From NCBI GenBank assembly GCA_944377315.1, contig CALWEM010000022.1, forward strand, positions 6,183 through 70,182: a stretch of DNA of 64,000 nucleotides. Reading direction: 5' to 3'. This DNA is from an uncultured Clostridia bacterium. Lineage in GTDB: Bacteria; Bacillota; Clostridia; Christensenellales; UBA1242. The notes beneath the pieces are model-generated. The model made no database searches and had not been told where the DNA came from. It saw only the letters and a program-made list of their open reading frames with translations. The position numbers and the translations under genes were made by a program. Shown here piece by piece: positions 48,755-56,133 of the stretch (position 1 is its first letter; each line of letters begins with the position of its first letter).

Positions 48755-49342
48755 ATGTTTGATGAACCGATTGAAAAACTTGTGGAATATTTTAGACAAC
48801 TTCCGGGTGTTGGTGCGAAAACAGCGCAACGCTATGCTTTTTATATTATCGAAAACAGTGCCGAAAAAGCAAATAATTTTGCAAACGCCATAAAAGAAGT
48901 CAAAGAAAAGGTGAAATTGTGTTCGGTGTGTGGCAACTACTCCACGCAAGACATCTGTCCGATTTGTCAAAAGCGAAACCGAAAACTGATTTGTGTGGTG
49001 CAAGAGCCAAAGGATATCGTTTCAATGGAAAAAGTGAAATCTTTTGATGGGGTTTATCACGTTTTGTTTGGCACGATAAGTCCACTTGAAAATCGCGGGC
49101 CAAATGATATTAAAATCAAAGAACTTTTGTCACGCATTGAAAATGACAAAGTGGAAGAAGTCATAATGGCAACAAATCCAGATGTTGAAGGTGACGCCAC
49201 GGCGATGTATATCTCCAAGCTTTTGAAACCATTGGGTGTTAAAGTGACTCGGTTGGCACAAGGAATTTCAATGGGAAGTGACATTGAGTTTGCTGATGTG
49301 GTGACTTTGGAGAAAGCACTTGAACAGCGTCAAGAAATTTAG
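48755..49342 (+). CDS. recR: Recombination protein RecR
   Basis: HhH motif LPGVGAKTAQRYAF, C4 zinc finger CSVCGNYSTQDICPIC and a Toprim segment with DVEGDATAMY. Confidence 0.95.
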   Translation: MFDEPIEKLVEYFRQLPGVGAKTAQRYAFYIIENSAEKANNFANAIKEVKEKVKLCSVCGNYSTQDICPICQKRNRKLICVVQEPKDIVSMEKVKSFDGVYHVLFGTISPLENRGPNDIKIKELLSRIENDKVEEVIMATNPDVEGDATAMYISKLLKPLGVKVTRLAQGISMGSDIEFADVVTLEKALEQRQEI

Positions 49343-49439
49343 AAATTTTTTTTGAAATAAAAATCTTGAAAAAATGCATAAAAAATCAAAAAAAATCGAA
49401 AAAAAGTGATTTTTTTATTGTTTTTTAAAAAATAAAAGA

Positions 49440-49467
49440 AACAAGCGTGCCTTGTTGACTTTTTTTT
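49440..49467 (+). terminator. Weak terminator after recR, overlapping the argS promoter
   Basis: Hairpin AACAAG-CGTGC-CTTGTT (49440-49456), then GAC and T8. Confidence 0.4.
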
Positions 49468-49483
49468 ATTAATTTGATAATAT
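49455..49483 (+). promoter_or_regulatory. Promoter of argS
   Basis: TTGACT (49455-49460), a 17-nt spacer ending in TGa, then TAATAT (49478-49483). The leader is only about 25 nt, so there is no room for a T-box. Confidence 0.55.
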
Positions 49484-49510
49484 ATTTTTGTTTAAAAATG
49501 AAGGTGTTTT

Positions 49511-51286
49511 ATGGATATAAGAGAAGAAATTAAGAAAGAAATGGAAAAAGAAATGAAGAAAGCAAATTTCGACTGTGGAAAACTTGTCATATCTTTTTCC
49601 AATCGTCCTGAACTTTGCGATGCGCAAACCAATTTTGCTTTGATTGAAGCCAAAAATGTGGGTGAAAAACCGATTGATTTCGCCAACAAAATTGTGGAAA
49701 TGTTGAAAAGTGACAATTTTGAATATTCGGTTGCAATGCCTGGGTTTATTAATATCAAGATTAAAGACGCCTACCTTTCCAAGTTTGCCAATCTTCTTTT
49801 GAAAGATGAAAGATTGGGTGTTGAAAAACTTGCAAAGCCACGCCGTGTTCTCATCGATTATGGTGGTGCAAATGTGGCAAAGGAATTGCACGTTGGGCAT
49901 CTTCGTTCGCCAATCATTGGTGAAGCTTTGAAAAGATTGCATAAGTTTTTGGGCGACTATGTGGTGTCTGACACTCATCTTGGTGACTGGGGACTTCAAA
50001 TGGGCTTAACCATCCTTCAACTCAAAAATGATGGTTTTTTGGATGAATTTTTTGAAAAAAATGCGAATTTAAGTGAAATTTCCTTAAAAAATGTCACTTT
50101 GGACACTTTGAATGAAGAATATCCAAAAGCGAGCAAGCGTAAAGATGTGGATGAAGATTTCAAAAAACTTGCTGACACCTACACTCTCTATATTCAACAA
50201 AAGAGAGAGCCGTATTTTGCAATATACAAAAAAATAAAAGCTCTTTCCGTTGAAGAAATAAAGAAAAATTATTCGATGCTCAACGCCTATTTTGATTATT
50301 GGTATGGCGAAAGCGATGCCGACCAATACATTGACGAGGTGATGAAGATTTTTGAAGAAAAGCATCTTCTTCGTGAAAGTGATGGTGCACTTGTTGTGGA
50401 TATTGCAGAAGAAGGCGAGCATATTCCAATTCCAAAGAAAACGGAAGACGAAGTGCAAAGATACAAAAATCCAATGCCACCTGCCATTTTGAAAAAATAT
50501 AACGGCGGAGTGCTCTATGTCACCACTGAAATTGCCACCATTTTGATGAGAAACAAAATGGATAAGTTTGATGAGATGATATATCTCACTGACAATCGTC
50601 AAGGAAATCACTTTATCCAAGCGTTCCGATGTGCGAAAAAAGCGGGAATTTCTCCTGAAAATCAAATATTGAAACACATTGCTTTTGGCACGATGAATGG
50701 CAAAGACGGCAAGCCTTTCAAGACACGAAGTGGTGAAACGGTCAAGCTTAAAGATGTTGTGAATATGCTTGTGGAAAAGGCAAGTGAGAAACTGAAAGAA
50801 AATGGCATTGAAAATGACCCTGAACTTGCAAGAAAGATTGGTGTGGGTGCGATGAAGTTTGGTGATTTGTCCAACATTATATCAAAAGATTACATTTTTG
50901 ATATTGACAAATTTCTCTCTTTTGACGGTAAGACAGGACCATATATTCAATACACTATTGCTCGCATAAATTCCATTCTTGACAAAACTGATGGCAAAGT
51001 TGGAGAAATCAAGATTGAAACAAAGGAAGAACGCGAAATTATTTTGGCACTTATGAAACTTAATTCTGCCTATTTTGTCGGTTATGAAGAATATTCCTTG
51101 AATCTTGTTTGCTCTTCCACATTCGACCTTGCAAAAGCCTTTTCAACACTATATAACAACATAAAAATATTGAGTGAAAAAGATGAAAAGAGAAAGAAAA
51201 ACCTTCTTGCAATTTGTTTACTTGTCAAAAAAGCACTCTCAAATGCTCTTAACATTCTGGGAATTGATGTCGTCACCCAAATGTAA
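49511..51286 (+). CDS. argS: Arginine--tRNA ligase
   Basis: ANVAKELHVGHLRS (HIGH region) and a C-terminal DALR-type anticodon-binding helix bundle ending in M. SD GAAGGTG. Confidence 0.9.
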   Translation: MDIREEIKKEMEKEMKKANFDCGKLVISFSNRPELCDAQTNFALIEAKNVGEKPIDFANKIVEMLKSDNFEYSVAMPGFINIKIKDAYLSKFANLLLKDERLGVEKLAKPRRVLIDYGGANVAKELHVGHLRSPIIGEALKRLHKFLGDYVVSDTHLGDWGLQMGLTILQLKNDGFLDEFFEKNANLSEISLKNVTLDTLNEEYPKASKRKDVDEDFKKLADTYTLYIQQKREPYFAIYKKIKALSVEEIKKNYSMLNAYFDYWYGESDADQYIDEVMKIFEEKHLLRESDGALVVDIAEEGEHIPIPKKTEDEVQRYKNPMPPAILKKYNGGVLYVTTEIATILMRNKMDKFDEMIYLTDNRQGNHFIQAFRCAKKAGISPENQILKHIAFGTMNGKDGKPFKTRSGETVKLKDVVNMLVEKASEKLKENGIENDPELARKIGVGAMKFGDLSNIISKDYIFDIDKFLSFDGKTGPYIQYTIARINSILDKTDGKVGEIKIETKEEREIILALMKLNSAYFVGYEEYSLNLVCSSTFDLAKAFSTLYNNIKILSEKDEKRKKNLLAICLLVKKALSNALNILGIDVVTQM

Positions 51287-51391
51287 CAGTCTGTGACTGA
51301 TTTTAATGAGTTAAAAAACAAACGATATTTTGCTCTAACAACTTTCTAACAGTCTGTGACTGACTTTAGGGTATTAAAAAAAACAAACTGA
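51284..51391 (+). repeat. Two tandem copies (period 63 nt) of a ~43-nt unit carrying a 13-bp palindrome; the first copy overlaps the argS stop codon
   Basis: TAACAGTCTGTGACTGA occurs at 51284-51300 and 51347-51363 (17/17 identical). Each contains CAGTC-TGT-GACTG and continues as yTTTAnnnnnTTAAAAAA..CAAAC. Confidence 0.8.
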
Positions 51392-51551
51392 CAAATTCAT
51401 TTAAGTCCAAAATTTCATTCTTTTGTCAATATTTAAGTTTTCAAATTTCCAAATTAATATAATATTATTTAATAATTTATTAATAAATTAAAATCCATAT
51501 ATGCTAGATATTACGCGGTGAAAAATTTTTTAAAAATTTCTTAAAAAGGTA

Positions 51552-51580
51552 TTTACAAAACCAAAAAAATGTGTTATATT
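51552..51580 (+). promoter_or_regulatory. Promoter of the 59-aa ORF
   Basis: TTTACA (51552-51557), a 17-nt spacer ending in TGt, then TATATT (51575-51580). Confidence 0.5.
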
Positions 51581-51610
51581 ATAATCGTATAAAAGCTATG
51601 GAGGTAGTTT

Positions 51611-51790
51611 ATGAAAATATATGCTGCTAAAAAAGATGAAAAAGTTGTGAGCGCTGAACCAGTTTCTTTTGTGGGCAAAGAAATTGATATGAATGATATG
51701 TTTAAAAAGTTGGGAATAACTGACAAAACCAATGAAGGTGTTGTGATTGAAGAAGACGGCACAGTGAACAGAGAAGGAAGAAGTTTGTAA
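51611..51790 (+). CDS. Hypothetical 59-aa protein (below the ORF-track cutoff)
   Basis: ATG 51611 lies 6 nt after a perfect GGAGG (51600-51604), and the gene has its own promoter and terminator. Sequence MKIYAAKKDEKVVSAEPVSFVGKEIDMNDMFKKLGITDKTNEGVVIEEDGTVNREGRSL. No family recognised. Confidence 0.5.
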   Translation: MKIYAAKKDEKVVSAEPVSFVGKEIDMNDMFKKLGITDKTNEGVVIEEDGTVNREGRSL

Positions 51791-51801
51791 GAATTTTTCA
51801 A

Positions 51802-51831
51802 AAATATTGCGATTTAAGCAATATTTTTTTT
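51802..51831 (+). terminator. Rho-independent terminator after the 59-aa ORF
   Basis: 9-bp stem AAATATTGC (51802-51810) / GCAATATTT (51818-51826), followed by a T run to 51831. Confidence 0.65.
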
Positions 51832-51840
51832 AATTTCGTT

Positions 51841-51868
51841 TTGAGTTTATCAAAATATGTGGTATAAT
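51841..51868 (+). promoter_or_regulatory. Promoter of the HicB-like gene
   Basis: TTGAGT (51841-51846), a 16-nt spacer, then an extended -10 TGgTATAAT with the hexamer at 51863-51868. Confidence 0.6.
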
Positions 51869-51900
51869 CTTTTTAGATAGTATGATTTTAGAGGAATAGT

Positions 51901-52179
51901 ATGAAAAAATATCGTTTTCTTTATCCAGCAATTTTTATAAAAGACGAAGATGGAGAATATCAAGTGATTTTCCCAGACCTTGATATATACACTGATGGCA
52001 AAAATCTTTCAGAAGCGTATTTGTATGCCAAAGATTTGCTCCGTGTGTATTTTTCATATGCTCTAAAATATGAAACTGAATATCCAAAACCAACGCAACT
52101 TGAAAAAATTGCTTCAAAGTGCAAAAACAATGAAATTGTGATGTATGTTGATGCATACATTGATGAAAAAGAAATCTAA
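51901..52179 (+). CDS. HicB-family (UPF0150) antitoxin-like protein, N-terminal domain only, with no adjacent hicA
   Basis: YPAIFIKDEDGEYQVIFPDLDIYTDGKNLSEAYLYAKDLL...YPKPT matches the HicB N-domain pattern (YPA.F....G.Y.V.FPDL......G..L.EA...A.D.L). It is 92 aa and lacks an RHH/HTH tail. Confidence 0.65.
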   Translation: MKKYRFLYPAIFIKDEDGEYQVIFPDLDIYTDGKNLSEAYLYAKDLLRVYFSYALKYETEYPKPTQLEKIASKCKNNEIVMYVDAYIDEKEI

Positions 52180-52204
52180 CAGGCTTTGCCTGTTTTTATT
52201 TTTT
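52178..52204 (+). terminator. Rho-independent terminator overlapping the HicB-like stop codon
   Basis: Hairpin AACAGGC-TTT-GCCTGTT (52178-52194), followed by a T-rich tail. Confidence 0.7.
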
Positions 52205-52251
52205 ATATTGACAAATGCGTGTTTTTGGGTAATAATAATATGGAGAAAAAA

Positions 52252-52944
52252 ATGAGATTTTTAGAAGATAAATTCCTGCTCAAAAAATGTCCAAAAGCAA
52301 AAGATATGTTCAAAATGTTTTTTCCAACGGGTTGCTATGGCGAAAGCAATGTGGAAATTGGAGAACAAAGACAAGTAAGTCTTCCAAATGGAAAGAAATC
52401 ACCAATCGTTAAATTTCCTATGGTGAAAACAACAAGAGAAAAAATTGTTCAAAAAAGTCATCTCAAAAATAACGAAACTTTCAAAATTATTGAAGAGCCG
52501 GCACATTTCACGGCGTTTATTCCTGTGAATTTGAAAAATTCCATTCTGTCGGTAAACAGGGACAGTAAGGTTGTTTTTGGCGCTGTCAAATTTGCTTTGA
52601 AAGAGTTTTATCAAGAAGAAATGCGTGACGAAGAAGGCTTGGTGAAAAAATATAGGTCGGCAAGTTCATCACTTTCTATCTCATCCAAAAGTGATTTTGG
52701 GGTGGAGAAAAGAATAAGCGAATTATTGTCACGCACGGACGCGGTGGAAATTACTTTCAATGATTATCCAATCATTGTTTCAAGGTCTGACTATCAAGGT
52801 TTCAAGGGAAAGAAAATGTTTGAAGTTGTTGGGGTTGATTTTTATCAATTCGACAAAACAAAGATGAGTTCATCGATGATTGAAGAAGTCACAAAAAGTG
52901 CGGTGGCAGAGAAAAGAGCAAACTTTCCTTCAAAAGAAAAATAA
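52252..52944 (+). CDS. Hypothetical protein (about 230 aa), no recognisable domain
   Basis: The ORF-track start at 52186 lies inside the upstream terminator. TTGACA (52208-52213), a 17-nt spacer and AATAAT (52231-52236) form a promoter. In-frame ATGs are at 52240 and 52252, and the latter is 6 nt after GGAG. Confidence 0.55.
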   Translation: MRFLEDKFLLKKCPKAKDMFKMFFPTGCYGESNVEIGEQRQVSLPNGKKSPIVKFPMVKTTREKIVQKSHLKNNETFKIIEEPAHFTAFIPVNLKNSILSVNRDSKVVFGAVKFALKEFYQEEMRDEEGLVKKYRSASSSLSISSKSDFGVEKRISELLSRTDAVEITFNDYPIIVSRSDYQGFKGKKMFEVVGVDFYQFDKTKMSSSMIEEVTKSAVAEKRANFPSKEK

Positions 52945-52991
52945 AGAAACAATATTCGCACCAAAATTTTCATAAAACTTTTCCAAAACAC

Positions 52992-53020
52992 TTGACTATT
53001 TCATTTTGGTATGATATTAT
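52992..53020 (+). promoter_or_regulatory. Promoter of rpmG-secE-nusG
   Basis: TTGACT (52992-52997), a 17-nt spacer ending in TGa, then TATTAT (53015-53020). Confidence 0.5.
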
Positions 53021-53023
53021 GTT

Positions 53024-53053
53024 ACTAACACTTTTCGAGGTGTTAGTTTTTTT
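53024..53053 (+). terminator. Hairpin plus T6 between the promoter and the rpmG RBS (terminator of the upstream unit, or a leader attenuator)
   Basis: 8-bp stem ACTAACAC (53024-53031) / GTGTTAGT (53040-53047), then TTTTTT (53048-53053). GGAGG follows at 53058-53062. Confidence 0.55.
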
Positions 53054-53067
53054 GTTAGGAGGCAGAT

Positions 53068-53229
53068 ATGGCAGCGCCAAAGCGTAAACTTATCACATTA
53101 GAATGCACAGAATGCAAGAATAGAAATTATTCTTCTGAAAAGAACACATCTAATGATGCAGAGAGAATCGAAATTATGAAGTTTTGTCCAAAATGCAATA
53201 AGAGAACAAAACATAAAGAAACAAAATAA
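53068..53229 (+). CDS. rpmG: 50S ribosomal protein L33 (not in the ORF track; 53 aa)
   Basis: Sequence [53 protein letters not shown]. It has a C4 zinc-ribbon form and SD AGGAGG, and it sits upstream of secE-nusG. Confidence 0.9.
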   Translation: MAAPKRKLITLECTECKNRNYSSEKNTSNDAERIEIMKFCPKCNKRTKHKETK

Positions 53230-53249
53230 TTTGTTTTATTGGAGGAATT

Positions 53250-53714
53250 ATGTCTAAAAAACATAAAAGCGCAAAAAAAGAACAACGACAATCTTTATAC
53301 ACTCCACAAGATGACCAAGTGAAGGAAGTGGAAGAAAAGAAAGAAGAAGTTGAAGTTGTGTCTGAAGAAGGTCAAGAAGTGGCCGAACAAGAAGTTGTTG
53401 TTGAAGAGCAAAAAGAAGAAAAGAAAGAAGAATCCAAAGAAACAACAAAAGAAGAAAAGAAGAAAGATGACAAATCTTCTTCCAAAAAAGACACTTCAAA
53501 AGACAAGAAAAAAGACAAAAAGAAAAAAGAAAACAAGCGTGGTCTTGTCAAAAGGACAAAGGAAACTGCAAGCGAACTTAAAAAGGTCACTTGGCCAAGT
53601 TTTGCAGAAGTTGTCAAAAAGACCGGCATTGTTATTGCTTTCGTTGTCATTTTTGGGCTTTTAATCTATGGCATTGATATTCTCTTGGGTTGGCTCGTTG
53701 GGCTACTTGTTTAA
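53250..53714 (+). CDS. secE: Preprotein translocase subunit SecE with a ~95-aa K/E-rich N-terminal extension
   Basis: The C-terminal roughly 55 aa (ELKKVTWPSFAEVVKKTGIVIAFVVIFGLLIYGIDILLGW) form the canonical single-TM SecE. Residues 1 to about 97 are low-complexity K/E/S. Confidence 0.8.
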   Translation: MSKKHKSAKKEQRQSLYTPQDDQVKEVEEKKEEVEVVSEEGQEVAEQEVVVEEQKEEKKEESKETTKEEKKKDDKSSSKKDTSKDKKKDKKKKENKRGLVKRTKETASELKKVTWPSFAEVVKKTGIVIAFVVIFGLLIYGIDILLGWLVGLLV

Positions 53715-53738
53715 TTTGTGAAATAAAGGGAGAAAGAT

Positions 53739-54269
53739 ATGGAACACTCAAAGGAACCGAAGTGGTATGTTCTTCACACATTCTCTGGCTATGAAAATGT
53801 GGCAAAAGAAAATTTGGAAAATGTGGTAAAGAAATTCAATCTTGAAGACCGTATTTTTGAAATCGTCATTCCAGAAGAAGATGTGATTGAAGAAAAAAAT
53901 GGGAAAAGAAAACTTGTGACAAGAAAAAGTATGCCTTGTTATATCTTCATCAAAATGATATATGGTGATGACCTTTGGCACAATATAACAAGAACGCGTG
54001 GAGTGACAGGCTTTACTGGACCAAACGGCAGACCACTTGCACTCACTGACGATGAAGTTTTGAGAATGCGTCTTGAAAAAATCAAAGTGGAAACTGACAT
54101 TGAAGTTGGCGACAGTGTGGAAATCATCGAAGGAGCACTTGACAAAATGGTTGGAAAGGTTGTTGCGGTGAATCCTGAAAACAATCAACTCACAGTGATG
54201 GTGGAAATGTTTGGACGCGAAAACAAAGTGGATTTAACTTTTGAGCAAGTTCACAAAATCAATGCATAA
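53739..54269 (+). CDS. nusG: Transcription termination/antitermination factor NusG
   Basis: NGN domain KWYVLHTFSGYENVAK and KOW motif GDSVEIIEGALDKMVGKVVAVN. Confidence 0.95.
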   Translation: MEHSKEPKWYVLHTFSGYENVAKENLENVVKKFNLEDRIFEIVIPEEDVIEEKNGKRKLVTRKSMPCYIFIKMIYGDDLWHNITRTRGVTGFTGPNGRPLALTDDEVLRMRLEKIKVETDIEVGDSVEIIEGALDKMVGKVVAVNPENNQLTVMVEMFGRENKVDLTFEQVHKINA

Positions 54270-54302
54270 TGCAAAGATTATTCATTTTGAGAGGTAGTCT
54301 AT

Positions 54303-54488
54303 ATGAATGAAAATGGAACTAAAAATGATAGATTCATTAAAACATTGGCTTTTAATGATGAAAAACACAGTAGGAAGTTAGGTGGTATAAAAAAATCTCT
54401 TATTCGTGGAAGTGAAATTCATTTGCATCAAAACAGCGACAAAAAACCTCGCATTAAATTAAAAAATGATAATGAAAGAACTTTATAA
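54303..54488 (+). CDS. Hypothetical basic 61-aa ORF inserted between nusG and rplK
   Basis: ATG 54303 lies 9 nt after GAGAGG. The protein is K/R/N-rich with no family recognised. Coding status is uncertain. Confidence 0.3.
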   Translation: MNENGTKNDRFIKTLAFNDEKHSRKLGGIKKSLIRGSEIHLHQNSDKKPRIKLKNDNERTL

Positions 54489-54539
54489 ATGATATTTTAG
54501 GCTTTTGCCTTTAAAATATTGTCCCTAGTATGACATTAA

Positions 54540-54730
54540 ACTGCTATTGTTTGCTATATTCTTCCGTGGCAAATTGATAGTAAAGGAAGAGAATTGGGAA
54601 GAGAAACCGAAACAATTGCGATAAGAAAACAAAGTTTTCGTGTCTGCGTAAATGTAATCGGTGTCTGTTCCAGAAAAATTTTGTGGGAGAACGATTTAGC
54701 CCGTTCAATTCACCACACAAGGAGGGAAAA
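54540..54730 (+). promoter_or_regulatory. Long untranslated leader of rplK-rplA; a possible L1-binding autoregulatory leader that I cannot confirm by eye
   Basis: About 190 nt have no credible ORF; the 54683 ORF-track start is just an N-terminal over-extension of rplK. Local hairpins include CTTCC...GGAAG (54561-54589) and GAAAAC-AAA-GTTTTC (54625-54639). GTGTCTG is duplicated at 54640 and 54661. A GUGGGAGA...CCAC segment precedes the SD. Confidence 0.3.
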
Positions 54731-55159
54731 ATGGCTGAAAAGAAAATTAAGGCAGTTGTAAAATTACAACTCGAAGCGGGTAAAGCCACCCCAGGACCAC
54801 CAGTCGGTTCTTCGCTTGGACCACACGGAATTAACATTGCTGGCTTTACAAAAGAATTTAATGAAAAAACCGCAAATCAAATGGGGTATATCATTCCAGT
54901 TGTGATCACTATCTATGAAGATAGAAGTTTCACATTCGTTTTGAAAACTCCACCTGCTGCTGTTCTTATTAAGAAAGCAATCAACATTGAAACTGGTTCT
55001 GGAAAACCAAACAAACAAAAAGTCGGAAAAATAACAAAAGAACAAATCAGAAAAATTGCTGAAACCAAAATGTCTGACCTTAATGCTGCATCAATTGAAG
55101 CAGCAATGAGTATGGTTGCTGGCACAGCAAGAAGTATGGGCGTTGAAGTCGTTGATTAA
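54731..55159 (+). CDS. rplK: 50S ribosomal protein L11
   Basis: [36 protein letters not shown]. The start is refined to ATG 54731 after AAGGAGGG. Confidence 0.95.
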   Translation: MAEKKIKAVVKLQLEAGKATPGPPVGSSLGPHGINIAGFTKEFNEKTANQMGYIIPVVITIYEDRSFTFVLKTPPAAVLIKKAINIETGSGKPNKQKVGKITKEQIRKIAETKMSDLNAASIEAAMSMVAGTARSMGVEVVD

Positions 55160-55170
55160 GGAGGAGCATA

Positions 55171-55854
55171 ATGAATAAAGGTAAAAGATATTTGAAAATG
55201 CTTGAAAGTTATGATAGAACCAAATCATACGACATAGGCGAAGCAATTGAAAATGTTTTAAACACAGCAACAGCCAAATTTGATGAATCAATTGAAGTTC
55301 ACGTTCGTTTGGGTGTTGACGGAAGACAAGCTGACCAACAAGTTCGTGGTGTGGTTGTTCTTCCAAACGGAACAGGAAAATCTGTTAGAGTTTTAGTTAT
55401 TGCTCGTGGCGATAAGGCAAATGAAGCAACTTCTGCTGGTGCTGACTTTGTTGGCGCAGAAGAAATGGTAACCAAAATTTCTGGTGGTTGGCTTGATTTT
55501 GATGTCTGCATCACAACTCCAGATATGATGGGTGTTGTTGGCCGTATTGCAAGAATTCTTGGGCCAAAAGGCTTGATGCCAAACCCAAAGAGTGGAACAG
55601 TGACAAACGATGTTGCAAAAGCAGTTAAAGATGTTAAGGCTGGTAAAGTTGAATATCGTCTTGACAAAACAAACAATGTTCACGTGATTATTGGAAAGAA
55701 GAGTTTTGGCAAAGAAAAATTGCTTGAAAACTTCAAAACAATAATGGAAGCAATTGTGAAAGCAAAACCTGCTGCTGCAAAAGGACAATACATCAAAAAT
55801 GTGACCATTGCTTCATCAATGGGACCTGGTGTTAAAGTTACTTACAACATCTAA
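55171..55854 (+). CDS. rplA: 50S ribosomal protein L1
   Basis: [24 protein letters not shown] and [25 protein letters not shown]. Confidence 0.95.
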   Translation: MNKGKRYLKMLESYDRTKSYDIGEAIENVLNTATAKFDESIEVHVRLGVDGRQADQQVRGVVVLPNGTGKSVRVLVIARGDKANEATSAGADFVGAEEMVTKISGGWLDFDVCITTPDMMGVVGRIARILGPKGLMPNPKSGTVTNDVAKAVKDVKAGKVEYRLDKTNNVHVIIGKKSFGKEKLLENFKTIMEAIVKAKPAAAKGQYIKNVTIASSMGPGVKVTYNI

Positions 55855-55899
55855 TTTGTTAACAGATGAGCGTGCTTAAAACTTCTTTTCTTAAAATAA

Positions 55900-55929
55900 A
55901 GTCAGAAGTTTTCTTCTGGCTTTAATTTT
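55900..55929 (+). terminator. Rho-independent terminator after rplA
   Basis: 9-bp stem AGTCAGAAG / CTTCTGGCT (one G-U pair) with loop TTTT, followed by a T-rich tail. Confidence 0.6.
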
Positions 55930-56133
55930 CAAAAAGGGTTTACATATTTTATTCGACATTAAAAGTGTTTTTATGCACGCATAGTAAAGATACTTAAACA
56001 CAAAATAACTTTTGAAATTTCTCTGTAACTTTTCTATTTTGTTTGACTTATGTTCGCAAATTATATTAAAATAGATTTGTTATATGGAAAGACAATTGTT
56101 TTTCTTAAATTGGCGAAATTAGGAGTAACTATT

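Noticed and set aside
49343-49510. T-box or other riboswitch leader upstream of argS, and similarly upstream of gltX at 8539-8556.
   Set aside because: The predicted argS 5' UTR is only about 25 nt. gltX is separated from the preceding gene by 18 nt. Neither space could hold a 200-nt T-box, and no T-box consensus was seen.
51611-51790. The 59-aa ORF as the missing HicA toxin partner of the HicB-like gene.
   Set aside because: It lacks the HicA landmarks (a conserved G-S-H and a basic dsRBD-like core). It is acidic and hydrophilic and has its own promoter and terminator. I kept it only as a hypothetical small protein.
53254-53664. Three overlapping ORFs (53254-53499 minus, 53350-53664 plus, 53372-53650 minus) in the secE region.
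   Set aside because: They are artefacts of the purine-rich GAA/AAG low-complexity tract that encodes the SecE N-terminal extension. Only the secE frame ends in a recognisable domain.
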